64,000 nt of DNA, from NCBI RefSeq assembly GCF_036321535.1, contig NC_087437.1:110734001-110798000 (forward strand). Direction: 5' to 3'. Positions 39,410-53,467 of the stretch are shown here, in pieces. The notes below the pieces were generated by a model. The model was not told the DNA's origin. It worked only from the letters and a program-made list of their open reading frames with translations, and did no database searches. The first letter of the stretch is position 1. Each line of letters begins with the position of its first letter. The translations under genes and the position numbers were made by a program. Origin of the DNA: Camelus dromedarius (lineage: Eukaryota).

Positions 39410-39712
39410 TTCTTGAAGACATTATACTAAGTGAAATAAGGACAAATATTGTATGATTCCCCTTATATGCAGTACCTAGGATAGTCACAGAGAGAGAAAG
39501 TAGCGTGGTGGTTGCTAGGGGTTGGGGGACGGGGGAGTTAGTAATTTAATGGGTACAGAGTTTCAATTCGGGAAGACAGAAAAGTTCTGGAGATGGATGG
39601 TGGCAATGGTTTCAAAACAATGTGAACATATTTGATGCCATTGACCTGTACACCTAAAAATGGTTAAAACGGTCAATTTTACATTATGTATATTACACCA
39701 CAATAAAAAAAT
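39410..39712 (+). mobile_element. LINE-1 3' end (L1MB-like)
   Basis: cttgaagacattatactaagtgaaataag...tttaatgggtacagagtttca...aaagttctggagatggatggtgg...caccacaataaaaaa. Confidence 0.8.
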
Positions 39713-40290
39713 TAGAGGGTTTATTAATAAATAATACTTGCAGAATGCTTCAAAATTTGCAAATCACTTCTACATACATTAGATTACTTAATGACCACAG
39801 CAACCTGGAGGAAGGGTATGTATATTACTCTTATGCTTGTTTCTCTTTCTAAGTGGTAGGTCTGTTGTCTATTGGATGACAGAGCGGCTTGAGCATCATC
39901 GGAACCCTGGTCTACATCCTTCAAACATGTACTCATTTCTCAGCTCCATGATGTCTTCCGATATTTGTACACATTCTGAAGATATACAGGAAACATTCAT
40001 AGATGCTCCAAAAAGTATGCATTTTATGGTCAAAGTTAAGAACTCCAACTCACCCATTCAACAAATGAATTTGACTTTATTGAACTCAGTGTTTCCCAAA
40101 CTTTCATAATCATGCAATCTTATTTTGCAGAATATCTATTAACAACCTGTGAGCAAGTGAGTATTTCCTGGGTTACTATCGTAGGAATTCATCTAAGGAA
40201 ATTTACTCATCTATGTTAAGATTCAGAAGAAAGAGCCAAGTAATCAAGGTGTTCACTTAACTGGCAATTCCAAGTACGAAGACCATCACC

Positions 40291-40416
40291 AGGAAAAAGA
40301 ATATGAAAACGAAAATATGTATGTTCCTGTATGACTGAAGCATTGTGCTGTACACTGGAAATTGATACAACATTGTAAACTGACTTTTTTTTTTTTTTCA
40401 GTGAAAAAAAAAAAAA
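40291..40416 (+). mobile_element. Short young L1 3' terminus
   Basis: gaaaaagaatatgaaaac...tatgactgaagcattgtgctgtacactggaaattgatacaacattgtaaactgact plus A-tail; same family as the 36358 and 63437 copies. Confidence 0.75.
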
Positions 40417-42095
40417 TCACCGGCACTATCCTCATCTGGTAATCTTCCCTCTCTAATTTTCTATCTGCCCTCATCCAGATCCTTCCATCAGCCATACAAG
40501 GACAACACAGACCAGGAGAAAGATAGTATGGATGCAGCATTATCCTTGGCTCCCAGGCTTCTTACTCCCTGGGCATGGATCAGCTCAGAGCCACTTAAGG
40601 GTGCACACACACGTGTGTGAGGGCTGGTGTGCATATGCATACATGTCTACGTGTATACGTGATAACTGGAATACAGGCTTTAAAAAAATAAAGAGGATAA
40701 TGGTATATACGCCCCCCCCAAGCCCATTTTTATAAGTTCTAGTATATTCTAGTATAAATGAGCAGAAACAAATACCTTACGCTGTGTTAAATAAATCTAT
40801 CAGAGGAAGGAAGCGCAGTAAAAAGGAACACAGGTTTTACAGGTTATTTTATACAGTAACAACACTTCGATTTGGAGTGTAATGTATCTCATTAGCGTTT
40901 CTTCCCACTTATTAAAACAAAAGCAACAACAATCCCCCAATCTTTAAGACATAGCAATGAACTGCTCACAATTAATTTGTAATATGTTGTGCATATTTAA
41001 TTCTCAGAAAGACTTCGGTATCTCCCTCTGGGACGCAATCAAAACTAAATCTCCTGCGTGCTTTTCAAAGTGAAGGAAAATACAGCCCCGATTTTTATGG
41101 CGTAAACCTGGCCATGTGACCACCCCAACACCCTCCTCCCCTGCTTCCATGGTATTTCTGAGAACGCAATTAACTGCTGACATTGGCCCAGGCTTCAGGG
41201 GAGCGAAAGCCAAACCTGCCGACTGAGTTCTTGTTGGGGCTTGTGCGGTTTGTTTGTTACGTATCTCCAATTTATAATGGGAGTTTGTCAGCTTCTTTTG
41301 TTTGAACTTGACACAATGGGAAAAGCCCTTAAGGGTTAATTAATTAATCTCAAAATGAAATCTGAAACAGATAATGAACAGGTCTTGAGCAACTGTGAAA
41401 GACACCTGGCAGCATCAGCCAAAATCAGGCTGTTCCCAGACCAGACCAGACTCCTCTCAAACTCAGCTACATGTCATTATTTCATAAGTGACTGGGACTA
41501 AGAGATTAGTGAGCGGAGAATGGAGAGAGGAGCCAGACAGAATCGGGTGGGAATTTTGCTTCTGCTGCTTAATATCGAAATCAGTGGAAAAGTTATGTCA
41601 TATCACGAAGACTCAGTTTCTTCCTCAGTAAAATGGGAATAATAAGAGTAAACGGAGCAATCCGTTGGAAACCACACAGTCCTCTCGCTGTCTGAGCCGC
41701 AGAAGTGATATTAATAAATGATACCTCGGGGGTGAAAACATGTGGGATCTTTCATTACATCTAAATATCGGCTAGCAGTCACCATCTCTAGGCTCTTGCA
41801 CCACACTGAGAAGCTTTCCCAAAAGAGCAAGTATGAAAAAGAAAATCAGTGAAGTCAGTGCCTGAATTTATGAATTCTGTTTCCCTATTACTTACAGTGA
41901 AAACACACGAAGCCTTCACGTGGTGCAGAAAGGGAAGGCACATGACAACAGTCATGGGAGGCAGCCGGTGTCCCTCTTCAGGGACACAGTGCAAGGGTGA
42001 GAAGTGACAACTCAAACAGCATCACCTTGTAAAATAACACACCAATTCTCTCGTTCTTTTACGTCTTCGCAAGCTTTTTGAAAAAATTATTGTTA

Positions 42096-42301
42096 TTCTA
42101 TGACTATATATAAAATAAGTAAACAACAGAGACCTACTATATAGCACAGCGAACTATATTCAATTTCTTGTAATAACATATAATGAAAAAGAATCTGAAA
42201 AGAGAAGATATATATGTATGCACGTGTATAACTGAATCACTTTGCTGTACACCTGAAATTAACAATGTAAATCAACTACACTCCAATAAAAATTTTTTTA
42301 A
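42096..42301 (+). mobile_element. L1 3' end (artiodactyl type)
   Basis: tatagcacagcgaactatattcaat...ataactgaatcactttgctgtacacctgaaa; TSD aaaa(a/g)attattgtta at 42081-42095 and 42302-42316. Confidence 0.8.
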
Positions 42302-44751
42302 AAAAGATTATTGTTACCCAAATTAAAGTGACAGAAAATTCATCTTCTAAATATAAGTAACTATGTTGATTAAAGACAACCAGAGACAAAAATTTCAGTA
42401 TCTTGGAAAGATTACTGTCAATGGCAATACATTATTTAGTACCCCAGAACCTGTCAGGAATGCACAAAGCCAATCAGACTTCCTAGATATAAATGCACTA
42501 AAGTTTAGACATTCCACTTAGATTTAAAAAGTCACAGTTTAGAGGACTGAAAACCAAATGCCTGCTATCTCATGTTTATTTCAGTGGAGGTGCCAATAAT
42601 AAAATGTGTTTGCTGCCAAATTGACTCAGAAAAAAAAAGCCAGCACCAAAAGTATGACTCATATGTTTGGGCAGATAAACCCCAGTTATGGATGGATTTG
42701 AACTGTAAATTTTAGAGCAAAGTTCATCTACAGAGCGAGATTATATGACGTAGTCACTTTTCGTTAATAAGCGTAAACAAGAGCTATTAGGTACGAGACA
42801 CTACGTGCTTAGCTACGTAGGACTGGGAAGAGTCCTCTGGGAAGAGGACTCTGACCCCATGAGCCAAGACTTGGAAACAAATGGCTTGTTCCTACAGGGT
42901 CTCAAGAGCTACATTAATACAGCGGAATTTAAAACTATACAGTAAAAACCCTGGGTTCAATTTCTCACTCTCTAGGCTCTCCTATTACACAACCCATAAC
43001 TATGGAACACAGACAAGGGCATTACATCAGGACACTGTTGGGACCAAAAAGCATTAAAAAAGGAAGCTCAGGTAGGAATTACAGTCTAGGTTAAAACCAT
43101 CAAAATACACCAGACGTATGTAGTTGATCTGTCCCTGCTCTTCAGGCAGGACATTAGGCTCAGAGAATAAAAACATTGTTACTCAGCATATAGTTGAGAT
43201 GCCAAATATCTTGCAAAACTCTCCCGCAATGCTATCCACCATCGATTTTAAGTAACTTCTGGATTTAGAACTTCGGGATTACAGAGAAAGCACTACCTTC
43301 GCAGTTATTAGCATCAAAATGATTTATAATTGTTAAGACAAAAAAAGACCTTTAAAAAAACACTCTTTGGGGAAGAACGACTAAGATAAAGGCAAAAGCA
43401 AATTATATAGTGAATACATTTGAAACTCTATCCCAAGGTACAGCTCACCAAAAGCAATGAAATGTTAGGCATTTGCTTGGTTGGGCTCCTGAGAATTTCG
43501 TCCTGTAACTTGTCATGAAAACTACAGATGTATTCACACACTCTACTTACTCCTAAAACAAAGAAGAAGTCCTTCTTTCAATTGCCTCAGAAACTCCAAG
43601 CCAACCTAAAGGTTTCCTATCTCAGCATCAGAAGTAGGAAAAATGGAAAACAGCAACCATGGAACTAAGAGCGGTCCGTGGAGTGAAGGAAAACAGAGGA
43701 TGGGGTAGGGGAGAAAAAAGAGAAGGGAAGGGAAGAGACCAGGAAAGAAAGGAAATGAAATCTTGGAAGCTTAAGGTCCAGAAGGAATTGGGAGACACTG
43801 ATTCAATCCCCATCTTAAGTTCCAAATGCTCTTGGTTTCTGGGAAGCGATCAGGAGATTCTTGCGTCTGAGTCTGGGCTGAGCTTCTGGCCACCTGAGAG
43901 GTGGGGCCATTGCCCTCCAGTTCTTCTGAACTAACTCAGTATCACTCAACATTTAATTCCTTCCTCCGAATGTCTGCCTTATTCCTTCTGCCAAGAATGC
44001 CTTGAGGTAGTCTTTCAACCAAATGACAATAATGATCATTTCTGAATGCCCAGTGCCTCACAAGGATCTTTAGACCCTGAAGAAGCCATTGTATTCATAA
44101 GTTGGAGAAGCTGGATTTACACCCCAGTATATCTAATTTTTAAGTGTTCTTTCTACAGTATCACCTTGCTTTGGGGTGAGTTTTAGGGTTGACTTTAACA
44201 CTCAAAACTATTTTGGAATGAGATGGAGTACAAGTAATTTTAAATCTCTCATTCTTATAATGATTTAAAAAAAAAAAAAAGGAAATCTATTCCATCAGCC
44301 TCAAAATCGGGGGTCCAGTTCAATTCAGCCAAACAATGACCATGTGTTATGGGTAAGAGTGATGTAAATGACATGATGGTGAAGATTTTTTTTTTTTTAA
44401 TATTGGTATGGTTGCTTGAAATTCAAGGGGAGAAAGAGACTTTTCCATTCCAAGGAAATTCTGATACAAGTTGGAATAGTATATCCTTGACATGTTTTGA
44501 GTTTCTAAATTTACCCAACTCCTGTCTTCGATAAGTATCTTTCATCACACTGGGGTGTATGTGTGTAAATGAGAGAGAGAGCGAAATGCACAAAGTCATA
44601 TTTATAAAACAAACGGTATAAATTTTACATATTTTGGGTGTTAACAAGGATATGCATCTGAATGTGTTCATTATAATCATTGCCTCACTAAAATCTTGAC
44701 TTTCAAAAAAAATCTACCTATAAACAATTTTTTAAAATTAAATTTAGAGGC

Positions 44752-45185
44752 CAAATATTACTCAGCCATAAAAACAAATGGAATATTACCATTTGTAGCG
44801 ACATGGATGGACCTAGAGAAGATCACACTAAGTGAAGTAAATCAAAGACAATTATCATACGATACCACTTATATGTGGAATCTAAAAAAATGAGACAAAT
44901 GAACTTATTTACAAACAGAAACAGACTCATAGACATACAAAACAAAGTTGTGGTTACCAAAGGGGAAAGGTGGGGAGGGATAAATTAGGAGTTTGAGATC
45001 AGCTGATACACACTACTATGTATAAAATAGATTAATAACAAGTTTCTACTGTAGAGCACAGGGAACTATATTCAATATCTTGTAGTAACCTTTAATGGGA
45101 AAGAATCTGAAAAAGAATATATAACTGAATCACTTTGCTGTAGATCTGAAACGTTGTAAATCAATTGTATTTCAATTTTTTAAAA
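44752..45185 (+). mobile_element. L1 ORF2 end and 3' UTR (artiodactyl type)
   Basis: Translates as YYSAIKTNGILPFVATWMDLEKITLSEVNQ (L1 ORF2 C-terminus), followed by L1 3' UTR. Confidence 0.88.
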
Positions 45186-45729
45186 ATTTGGAGCTGAGAC
45201 TTTAAGTTGATGATTTTGAGAGTGGCAAATTCCTGCAAACTATATAGAAAAGGATGTGGTAATGAAGGAGCCTCTGGGTCTGCAGAGGATTAAAAGGTTC
45301 CGTTAACCAGAACCACGGACAACACTTGGAAGCAGGGCTGGCAGGTTTCTCCGTGAGCTGCCCTGCTCTCCCTCACCCACAGGTCTCCTTGAGAAGCTGC
45401 CCTCCAATCACCTTGGAAGTCTCATCAACACCCAGTTGTGAAGGAAGAAAAGTGATGACATTTTCAAATTTGAGTTTTTGACATGACTGAACTTCTCCTA
45501 AGTCTTGTAATACTTTGTATAAGAATGTGCCTGGAGGCCTGGAAGCTCGAGCTTCCCACCAGCCTACAAATAACAAACAGGCCTCATCGTCGTGTTTTGG
45601 TTTTTTTCCCCCCTCACTTTAGGAACAAAACCAATTCTCCCCTAAAAACTTCATTAAAATGTCTATGGTATACTGACCCCAAGATAAACTGAAATATACT
45701 TTGTCTTAAAATCTGAGTTTTTTAAAAAC

Positions 45730-46745
45730 TAGAGTGGGGAGGGTGTCCACTCACAGGAATAGCCTGGCATGGGGGTGTCAGAGCCCAAGCAGGGCAGGGC
45801 AGGGCAGGGCAGGGCAGGGTGGGGGGCACTCACAGAGGGGAGCATCCAGGGTGCATCAGAGTCCAGCCAGAGTGAGGAATGGGGGACACGGGAGGACAGA
45901 GGAGCCCGCTTGAAGGGACCCCCACAGGTCCAAACAGGAAAGACCTGAGTCTCAAAATAAATACCACTATTAACAGATTATAACCCATTGACTAAACTGA
46001 CTAAAATAATAAACCATGAATCTATACTAATAATATAAATAAATACATTCAAAATCCGATGAGAAATAAGGGCTCTACATCATTTCAAAGTATCTCTCCA
46101 GAAAACATTTCCTAATTACAAAGAGGAAAAGAATAACTTCCCAGCAGGGAAGTCTGGAAGATGCCGTCTTAACCAAGAGACCAAGGTGAGGGAACAGCAT
46201 CCAGACATGGGACAGGTCAGAACTGGGCGTTCCCAGCAAAGGACACACCATTACCATTTAGTGTGTCTGCCACTTAGTGATGCAGAACATGGATCCGATC
46301 TCGAGAAAGCCTCCGGTAAAGCCCAACTGAGGGACACTTAACAAAGTAACTGGCCTGGGCTCTTCAAAAGAGTCAAGGTCATGAGAACCAAGACTGGGGA
46401 GCTGTTCATGACTGAAGGCATCTGAAGACACGGGACAACTCAAGGCAACACGTGACTCTACTGGAAACATCTGTTATTTGAAATGGTGCTCGGGACAAAT
46501 GACAGGAGTGGAACAGAGTGTGAGGAGCAGCTGGTAGCAATGTGTCAGCTCATGTCATGATTTTCAGCCCTGTGGGTGGTTGCTTGGGAGAGTGTCCTTG
46601 CTTACAGGGGGAAAAAAAAAAACTTTCATGCCTGGGGTAATAGCAATTTATTCTCAAATGATTTAGAGGAAACAAAATTCTTTATACTATATAGAATTTC
46701 ATAGCATATGCTTCCCCAAGCTTGTGACAATTTCAAATTAAAAAC
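45730..46745 (+). mobile_element. L1MC-family 3' region with internal (CAGGG)6 at 45790-45819
   Basis: gtgtcagagcccaagcaggg, tcaaagtatctctcc...taattacaaag, aagtaactggcctgggctcttcaaaagagtcaaggtcatgaga are L1MC 3' UTR motifs. Confidence 0.65.
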
Positions 46746-47619
46746 AAAAATTTAAGCCTGGTAGTTTATGTATTCTAAGTTACATACACAGGTGCAGAAC
46801 AGTTATGGATAATTTGTACTAGGAGACAGAATTTAGCAAGTGATTTACTACATTAAATATGAGAATTAATGAAAGAATGAATAAAATTTGTTAGTTTCCT
46901 CTTAGGAAAACAAACAAACAAACCAAACCCCTTTAGTCACACATGTTCACGTGCTCTTCTGTCCTCAGCAGAATATCTGAACCCTCAGTCAGCAGGTGTG
47001 TGTAAATTCAGGGCCCTGCTTTGACTTTTCATGCCAAACCACTCCTCCAACTGCTGTCAACACTCCAAGCGCACGTTCTGGACACAGAACGTTATGTACA
47101 CCTGTCGCATCTGAGAGCCCCGGGTGCACCATCCAGAACACAGCCAGGAACTAAGGAACAAGACCAAAACCACTGTCAAGGGTTCTGCTTTTGAAGTCTA
47201 TGCTGTCACAGACTCTGAAAACATAGGTTCTAGTCCCAGATCCTCCCCAGACAGCTCAGTGATGGAACCACATTGGGCTTTGGTTTTGTCATCTGGAAAA
47301 CGAGGAGCTGACGTGGTCATCTCTAATGCTGATCGTCTCCACCAGCATTTAACAAAGGAACCAGGACCGGTCCCTCAAGGAGATCAACTCTAGCAGAGGG
47401 AGAGGGGCTTGCAAACAGATGGCATGTGCAGTGATCTCATTTCTGAGCCCAGACTGCATCCTGTTCAGGGAGGAGACAGTATGAGATGGGGGAAAGTTAG
47501 AGGAAGAGGGAGAGTCTCCGTTCAATGTGAAGGAATAGGGGCTCCACCAAGTAGAAGAAAGGGCTGGGGAGGGGAATTCACCAGGTGAGAGTCTAGCTTC
47601 TTCAGACAGTCAGCACCAC

Positions 47620-47990
47620 ACAGCGGGTAGCTCTAACGCCCCCTGGCGGTGTGACCTGGGGCAAGTTGACCTCTGCATTTCCTTTCCTTTTTGTAAAAAA
47701 GGGAGACATTAACACTCCCCAACTAGTCCCTGAGAGCGTCAAATGCTTTGATATATTCCATATGCCTATATAGTTAATATTTAACCTACACTTAATTATT
47801 AACTTATTAACGTATGTGATATGTCACAGTATTTATTAATTAAACATGATGTTCATTTGAAATATTTGATAATTTGATTTGTATTTAATATATTTATATG
47901 CCTTGGTCTCTGGGAGGGTTTAATGCTTTACCATATTCTCCAAAAGACCCCGGCACATAGCAAGTACTCATTTACTGTTCATTGATATTT
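47620..47990 (+). mobile_element. MIR SINE interrupted by AT-rich sequence
   Basis: gtgtgacctggggcaagtt...tgtaaaaaaggg and cccggcacatagcaagtactca. Confidence 0.6.
47634..47652 (-). promoter_or_regulatory. Candidate CTCF binding site
   Basis: Minus strand ACACCGCCAGGGGGCGTTA versus consensus TGGCCACCAGGGGGCGCTA; both CpGs retained. Confidence 0.6.
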
Positions 47991-50900
47991 ATTCCGATTA
48001 TAAGGACTAGGAGGATCATAACTCGGTGTGGGTCAGGAAGAGGGTGCAGTGGGGGTGATCAGGGTGGGGTTGCTGCAATCTGTGTAACCAGCTAGGGCCA
48101 GATTAGCAGCTGCCAAAGGCTGTGGACGCCAAGAGAAGGAGTTTGAACTTGACTCGGTCTATGGTGGGAGTCTCTCTCTCTGCCATAGTCCTCATTTAAA
48201 ACCAATCAGTTCTCAACTGAACACGCTGAGTTATCTGGTTTGACAGCCAATCATAAACTAACAGCAGAGAATTCGGGGGACTAGTGGTCAGATGGGAGGA
48301 GGAAGAAGGGACAGAAAACCACACGAGATGTCACAGGAGGAAATGAAGCAATCCTGAGGACGTGATGCTGGTGGCTCCCAAGCGGCACCTTTCCGAGCCT
48401 TCTAATCTCAATAACCTCTACTTGACCAGATCTCAGCCTGGGAGGGGAAAAACCTGGGGAAAGATTAAATTACACTCAGCGTATTCTGTTGAAGATGACT
48501 GGGGAAGGATAAAATGTTTTAAATGCTCCCAAAATTATTATTAAAGATGAAAACCTTTGGAATTTATAGGGGGAGAAATATCTCTTCTGAGGAAAAATCA
48601 CATCGCTGGAATTCCACACTCCTGGACAGGAAAGTCAGGCTGGAATCTTCCTGAAAGTCAAGAGAGCTGCTTCTCAAATGAGGAAACCCGACGATGTGGC
48701 CTTCTAACCCTGAAAACTCGGGACAAAGCAAGGTACAAAGATGAACGTCAGGGAATCTCTGATGTTAGCACAGATCCACAGAGGAACCATCTGAAAAACC
48801 TGAATTTGATTACAACTAGAATGCATCATGCATGACCAGACATTAATTCTGGATCTTCAGGCAGGTTATAAATACATAATCAGACAAGAGGAAAAGGCCC
48901 CTCTGCAGCACTTCGGAAAAAAAAAAAATTCCCTTCTTCCCCATTTGTGGGAGGCTCATAAACATGGTAAAAATAAATTCAGAATTCAGATCAAATCCCT
49001 TGCTGCCAAGTCAATCCCTGTCAGAGTCTTCTTAATAGACAAACTTCACCTGCAGAAACCTTTAAGATTAAGTTTAGATAACGCAACTGTGTCGGAGACA
49101 TTAGATTGATTCCTTTTTCCCCTGGGAAGTGAGGAACTGAAGCTTCCCAGCCCAGTCACCACTACATGGGTGCCTGGGTCATGGTCAAGGGAATACGAAC
49201 TCAAATAATGTTGGCCACTTCGAGAATCCGCCCCTGACACTTCCCTTGAGACCTTCCAGATGCCCCCTCTTCTCTTCCCTACACACCAAGTGCAGAGAAG
49301 CCAGGAGTCAAGCAAGTGGAGCAGCCTTGATCCCTGAATGACCTGGTAGAGAAAGAAAACCTGCAGGAGACCGCGACAAGGGCAAACCTCTGAGCGCATA
49401 AAGCCACTGAAATGTGGGGTTATGTACTGAAGGAGTCAGCCTATCTAGATGAAAAACTGCCTTGGGTTAACGAACTTTTGTGAGAATCTTCTGGGTGGTC
49501 GCAAAGCTCCCCGCTCCAAAGACGTCTTTGAAATTTACCATCACAGAGGTTAAATTCATTTCACAGACTCACAACCTAGACATACTTAACTCTGAAAATC
49601 CAGACTTACCAGCTACCTTTCAGAATTAGAACTCAACCACTCCCACGTGGAGCCACCCAGTGACGGCGTTCTCTTCTAACAATTCGGTGACAGCAAAATG
49701 ACAAAGCAGACAAAGGTGATCTCACCGTCACAGTCACAGACCCTAAAGGAAGGGTTACCCAACGACGCGGGATGTGAGGAGGAGGATGGCACGGACCATG
49801 TCAGTTGAAAAAAATCTACTTAAGGCAGGATGTCAACATGTGGATTTCCACAGCAAAGCACAATTTGCATTTTTACACACTTACATTCAGCTCAGGGACC
49901 AGCGCAACGCGGTCCCTCTGACAAAGGACTGCATTCCGACTTTTCTTTAGAGAAAGTAGAATCAACTTGTCTTAACAAGTCAGCAACACCTGCACCGGCT
50001 TGGCAGGACTCTCCCTCGACACGTAAACAATGAACCAATGGGCTTACGCTGAAACCGAGGAGGAAAACCCAGATTCCCTTGTCTGGTGTCTTCACTGTCG
50101 GTAAATGTTTTCTGACCCTTCTTTGTTGACGCAGTAAGAGGAACAGGATCAAAAACTGCTCACTCAGGGGAATGCATACCCTCCAAAGCGAGCGAGGAGG
50201 CCCTGAAGGGAGCTGCCGGTTTTCTAAAAAGGGGAAGGACCCCACCTAGGGAACAGTTCATATTACTAAGAAATTGCTTTTTCTTCAACGACACCACCCA
50301 GTAAAAGACTAAAGCTTTCAACATTGAAGTGAATTCATTCCCAGAATGCCCACCAAGATGCCCAGGGACTTGGGATATAGATTCTGGACCAAACAGCTAT
50401 GGGAGGTGGTTGACCGTTACCTTTGACCCAACTTAGTGAGCAATTTCTTAAAAGACTCATCCTCCCGCCTGGGGGGACGTCTGTGCAGCCCGGGTCAAGG
50501 AGACAATTTCAGAACAGTTCCATTTCCTCCATGTTGGAGTGTATCGGGGCAGGAAAAAGAGTCTTGAATGGGGAGGCAAGGGGGACACTCTACTCTTTGC
50601 TCAGCAGTCTAATTATCTCTGCCGCTTCGTGGGGAGAGAGAGCTGAACAGTGATTGAGAAGTTAGGCTCAAGGGCCAGAAAGCCTGTTGGGTGAGTCTCC
50701 TCACATCACTAAACCTCCATTTCTCATCTGTAAATGATGAGAAATCAGTTCAAATGATTCCTCCTAGTAATACCTCACCCCTACCCTCCCACCCCCAAGT
50801 GAGCAGCGAAGCTTAAATGCCATAAAATGCAAAAGGACACACACTAGGCTTGGAAGGTAAAAGATGGCCAACGAAAGTGATTATCATGAGCATCTGCCAC

Positions 50901-52239
50901 TCAGCATGTAACGTCAGGGCCCTTGCAAACAGTAGGAAAACTGAGATACAGCGAGATTGCAGGGGTTTGAAAAAGACTCTCCTTGTTCACAAAAGACATT
51001 CCCTACCCAAATGAATAATAATCAAAAAGTCCACTGTTAGATGCTGATACGTAATTATTTCTCAAGAAATATATACATTTCAGAGAGGTATGAAGACGTA
51101 TGAAGCAGCATGAAGTGTTCACTGAATCCACAGGTAATAAGGCTCCTTTTACAGGAAACAAACTGAAGCTTATAGGTCAACTAAGTTGCCCAAGTTCTTG
51201 AAATAGATGAGTATGAATTCCAACATAGGTCCATCTGACTCAAAGACATGTGCCCCTTTCCTATAGAATTCTGCCAGGCACCAGACACTGCGTTCCTACC
51301 TAAGGGAGAGTTTTTATAGTAGAGAGAGTGAAAGGAAGAAAAGAAAATATGAAAACATTATATAAATGGAAGGAGTGAGTGGGGCAGGGCATGGTACAGA
51401 GAGGAGTGTCAGAAGGCCTTTTAATGAAGGGAGGGCAGCCCTGTGAGAGACAGCTCAGCAATCTTCTCAAACCCACATCACACACAACACTTAAATTATA
51501 GCAGCTACTCACTGGCCTGGTGCCAAAAAGAATATTTATATGCATAGAGTATGTCCTATATATTATTTTATAAGATACAACAGGCTTAAACTGAAATCTT
51601 CCTGCAATTCTCTGAGTGGTGGAGAAGCAAGGTTCTCCTGCATAAATTATCTTTTCTAGGAATTTGAATACACTGATTTGGGAGCATATATTTACTTTTG
51701 AGCATTCCTGATAATTCTGGAAATTCAATAAACTTCTTTCCTTACAGATTAACACAATACTTACAAAAAGTACTTTTGAGGGGGAATACCACCAGGAAAA
51801 TCACTTAGCTCTCTTTGTGAACTTTTTTTTTTTACCACATTTACTTTAATAACAGATCCAGGCAATTGAGCTTCAATGGCATTCTGAGTTTTCGTGGAGA
51901 TTCCCATCTGGGTTCCAAAAAAAATCAACATTTGCAACATTTGTAAGTGAACAGAATGTTGGTTCACAATATAGAGAAGGGAAAGAAAGATTGTTCTTTT
52001 AATGTCATTTATGACGTGTGGGGGCAAAATAATTTATTCAAAAAAATCAGGAGTTAAATAGACAACATTTAAAAAAAAAAAAATTAGGCAGATGCTTATA
52101 AAACAAGAATATTACCATGCCCAGAGTGCTCATCTGCTTGGTGAATGCAGCCAGAATGAACTGATTCTGAGAAATTCTAAAGGAAGTATAAAATGTGATT
52201 CCTTTATGGTACACAAACAATTCAGCCACTGCTAAGGAT

Positions 52240-52405
52240 ACTGATTAATGCTTATTGAGGATTTATGCAATGCACTTTTCATATGTAAACTCATACAATC
52301 TTTTCAATAATCCTGGTAGTAAGAGATCATCATTACCAGGATCATTTTACAAATGAGGAAACCGAGTCTAGAGAACACTGGGTCTCTTGTCTAAAAGCAG
52401 TTAAG
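52240..52405 (-). mobile_element. MIR SINE
   Basis: cattttacaaatgaggaaaccgag, reverse MIR core. Confidence 0.65.
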
Positions 52406-53467
52406 TGGTGATGGGGTAGGGATCACACTGACCCTTACTCAACTGGAAGGGGGAGAAAAGAAACTGAATATAAAAAAGAAAAAATCAGGAGAGCCTTCAA
52501 GAGTAGGATTTAAGCTTATTTTCACAACTGTGGGTAAGTGATGACTTGGGATAGAATGTTAAGATATTAAAATGTTAGTGGCACCCGTGGACTCTTGGAT
52601 CTTTTTTATAAGTAATAAAAAGGGCCAACATAGTCAAAACAGATCATGAAAAGAAAGCATGAATTTCTTTAAATTGTTCCCAGTGCCCTAAATATACAGT
52701 AAAACAAACAGGGCAGACATCAGTTTTCTCAAACTGGGACCCATATTTTTGATCTCAACTCAAGTTTATAGACATATAGCTTGGTTTCTTTTCTGTTCTG
52801 TTCCATTACATTGCTTTGGTAGTGTTGGCCCCAAACCACTAAAATTATTTTATAAACCCCAAAAAGGTCTTAACCCTCAGTTAAAAATCACTGCCCAGAT
52901 GGAAATTACAAGTTTCCACATGAAGATATTTGTGGGTTTTTTTTTTAAACATCCATGATTTTAAGGTGCTGGGGTCACATAGCCTTGCTCACTTTAACAA
53001 TTTTTGCATAGGCCCTAGGGGTTGACTTAATACAAAGGTTCTCATCATAGGATCTCTGAGAACTTTCAAAGGCCTTTGCACCTTCTGGAATTGGAGATGA
53101 AATTACATATATGGGCGTATCTGCATTTGTATAAGCAGAGAGTCCATGGCTTTCACCAGCTTTTCAAATGAGTCGGACTCATAGAAGTTTTGTATATAAA
53201 TGTATTCATTTCATGAGGGTCACCAAACCTGGCAATAAAACCCCATAAAGCTTCCTTATATATAAATAAAAGTAACATGCCAGGAGAGCAGATCATCCCA
53301 GCCAAGATGGCCATGAAATTATATCACAAAACACAGAGTAGCAACACGGCAGACTATACATATCATTCATTCATTTATTCTACAAACCGAGCGCTACTAA
53401 GGGTGATTAACCATAACCATTAAGATTCTGGGTGTTAATTTAGGAAAAGGGGTTACTAGAGGGTCCC

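Noticed and set aside
42829..42852. Perfect 10-bp hairpin agagtcctct-ggga-agaggactct
   Set aside because: One such stem is roughly expected by chance in 64 kb; no RNA-family context.
44696..44893. 65-aa ORF resembling a real protein
   Set aside because: It is the C-terminal remnant of L1 ORF2 in a truncated element.
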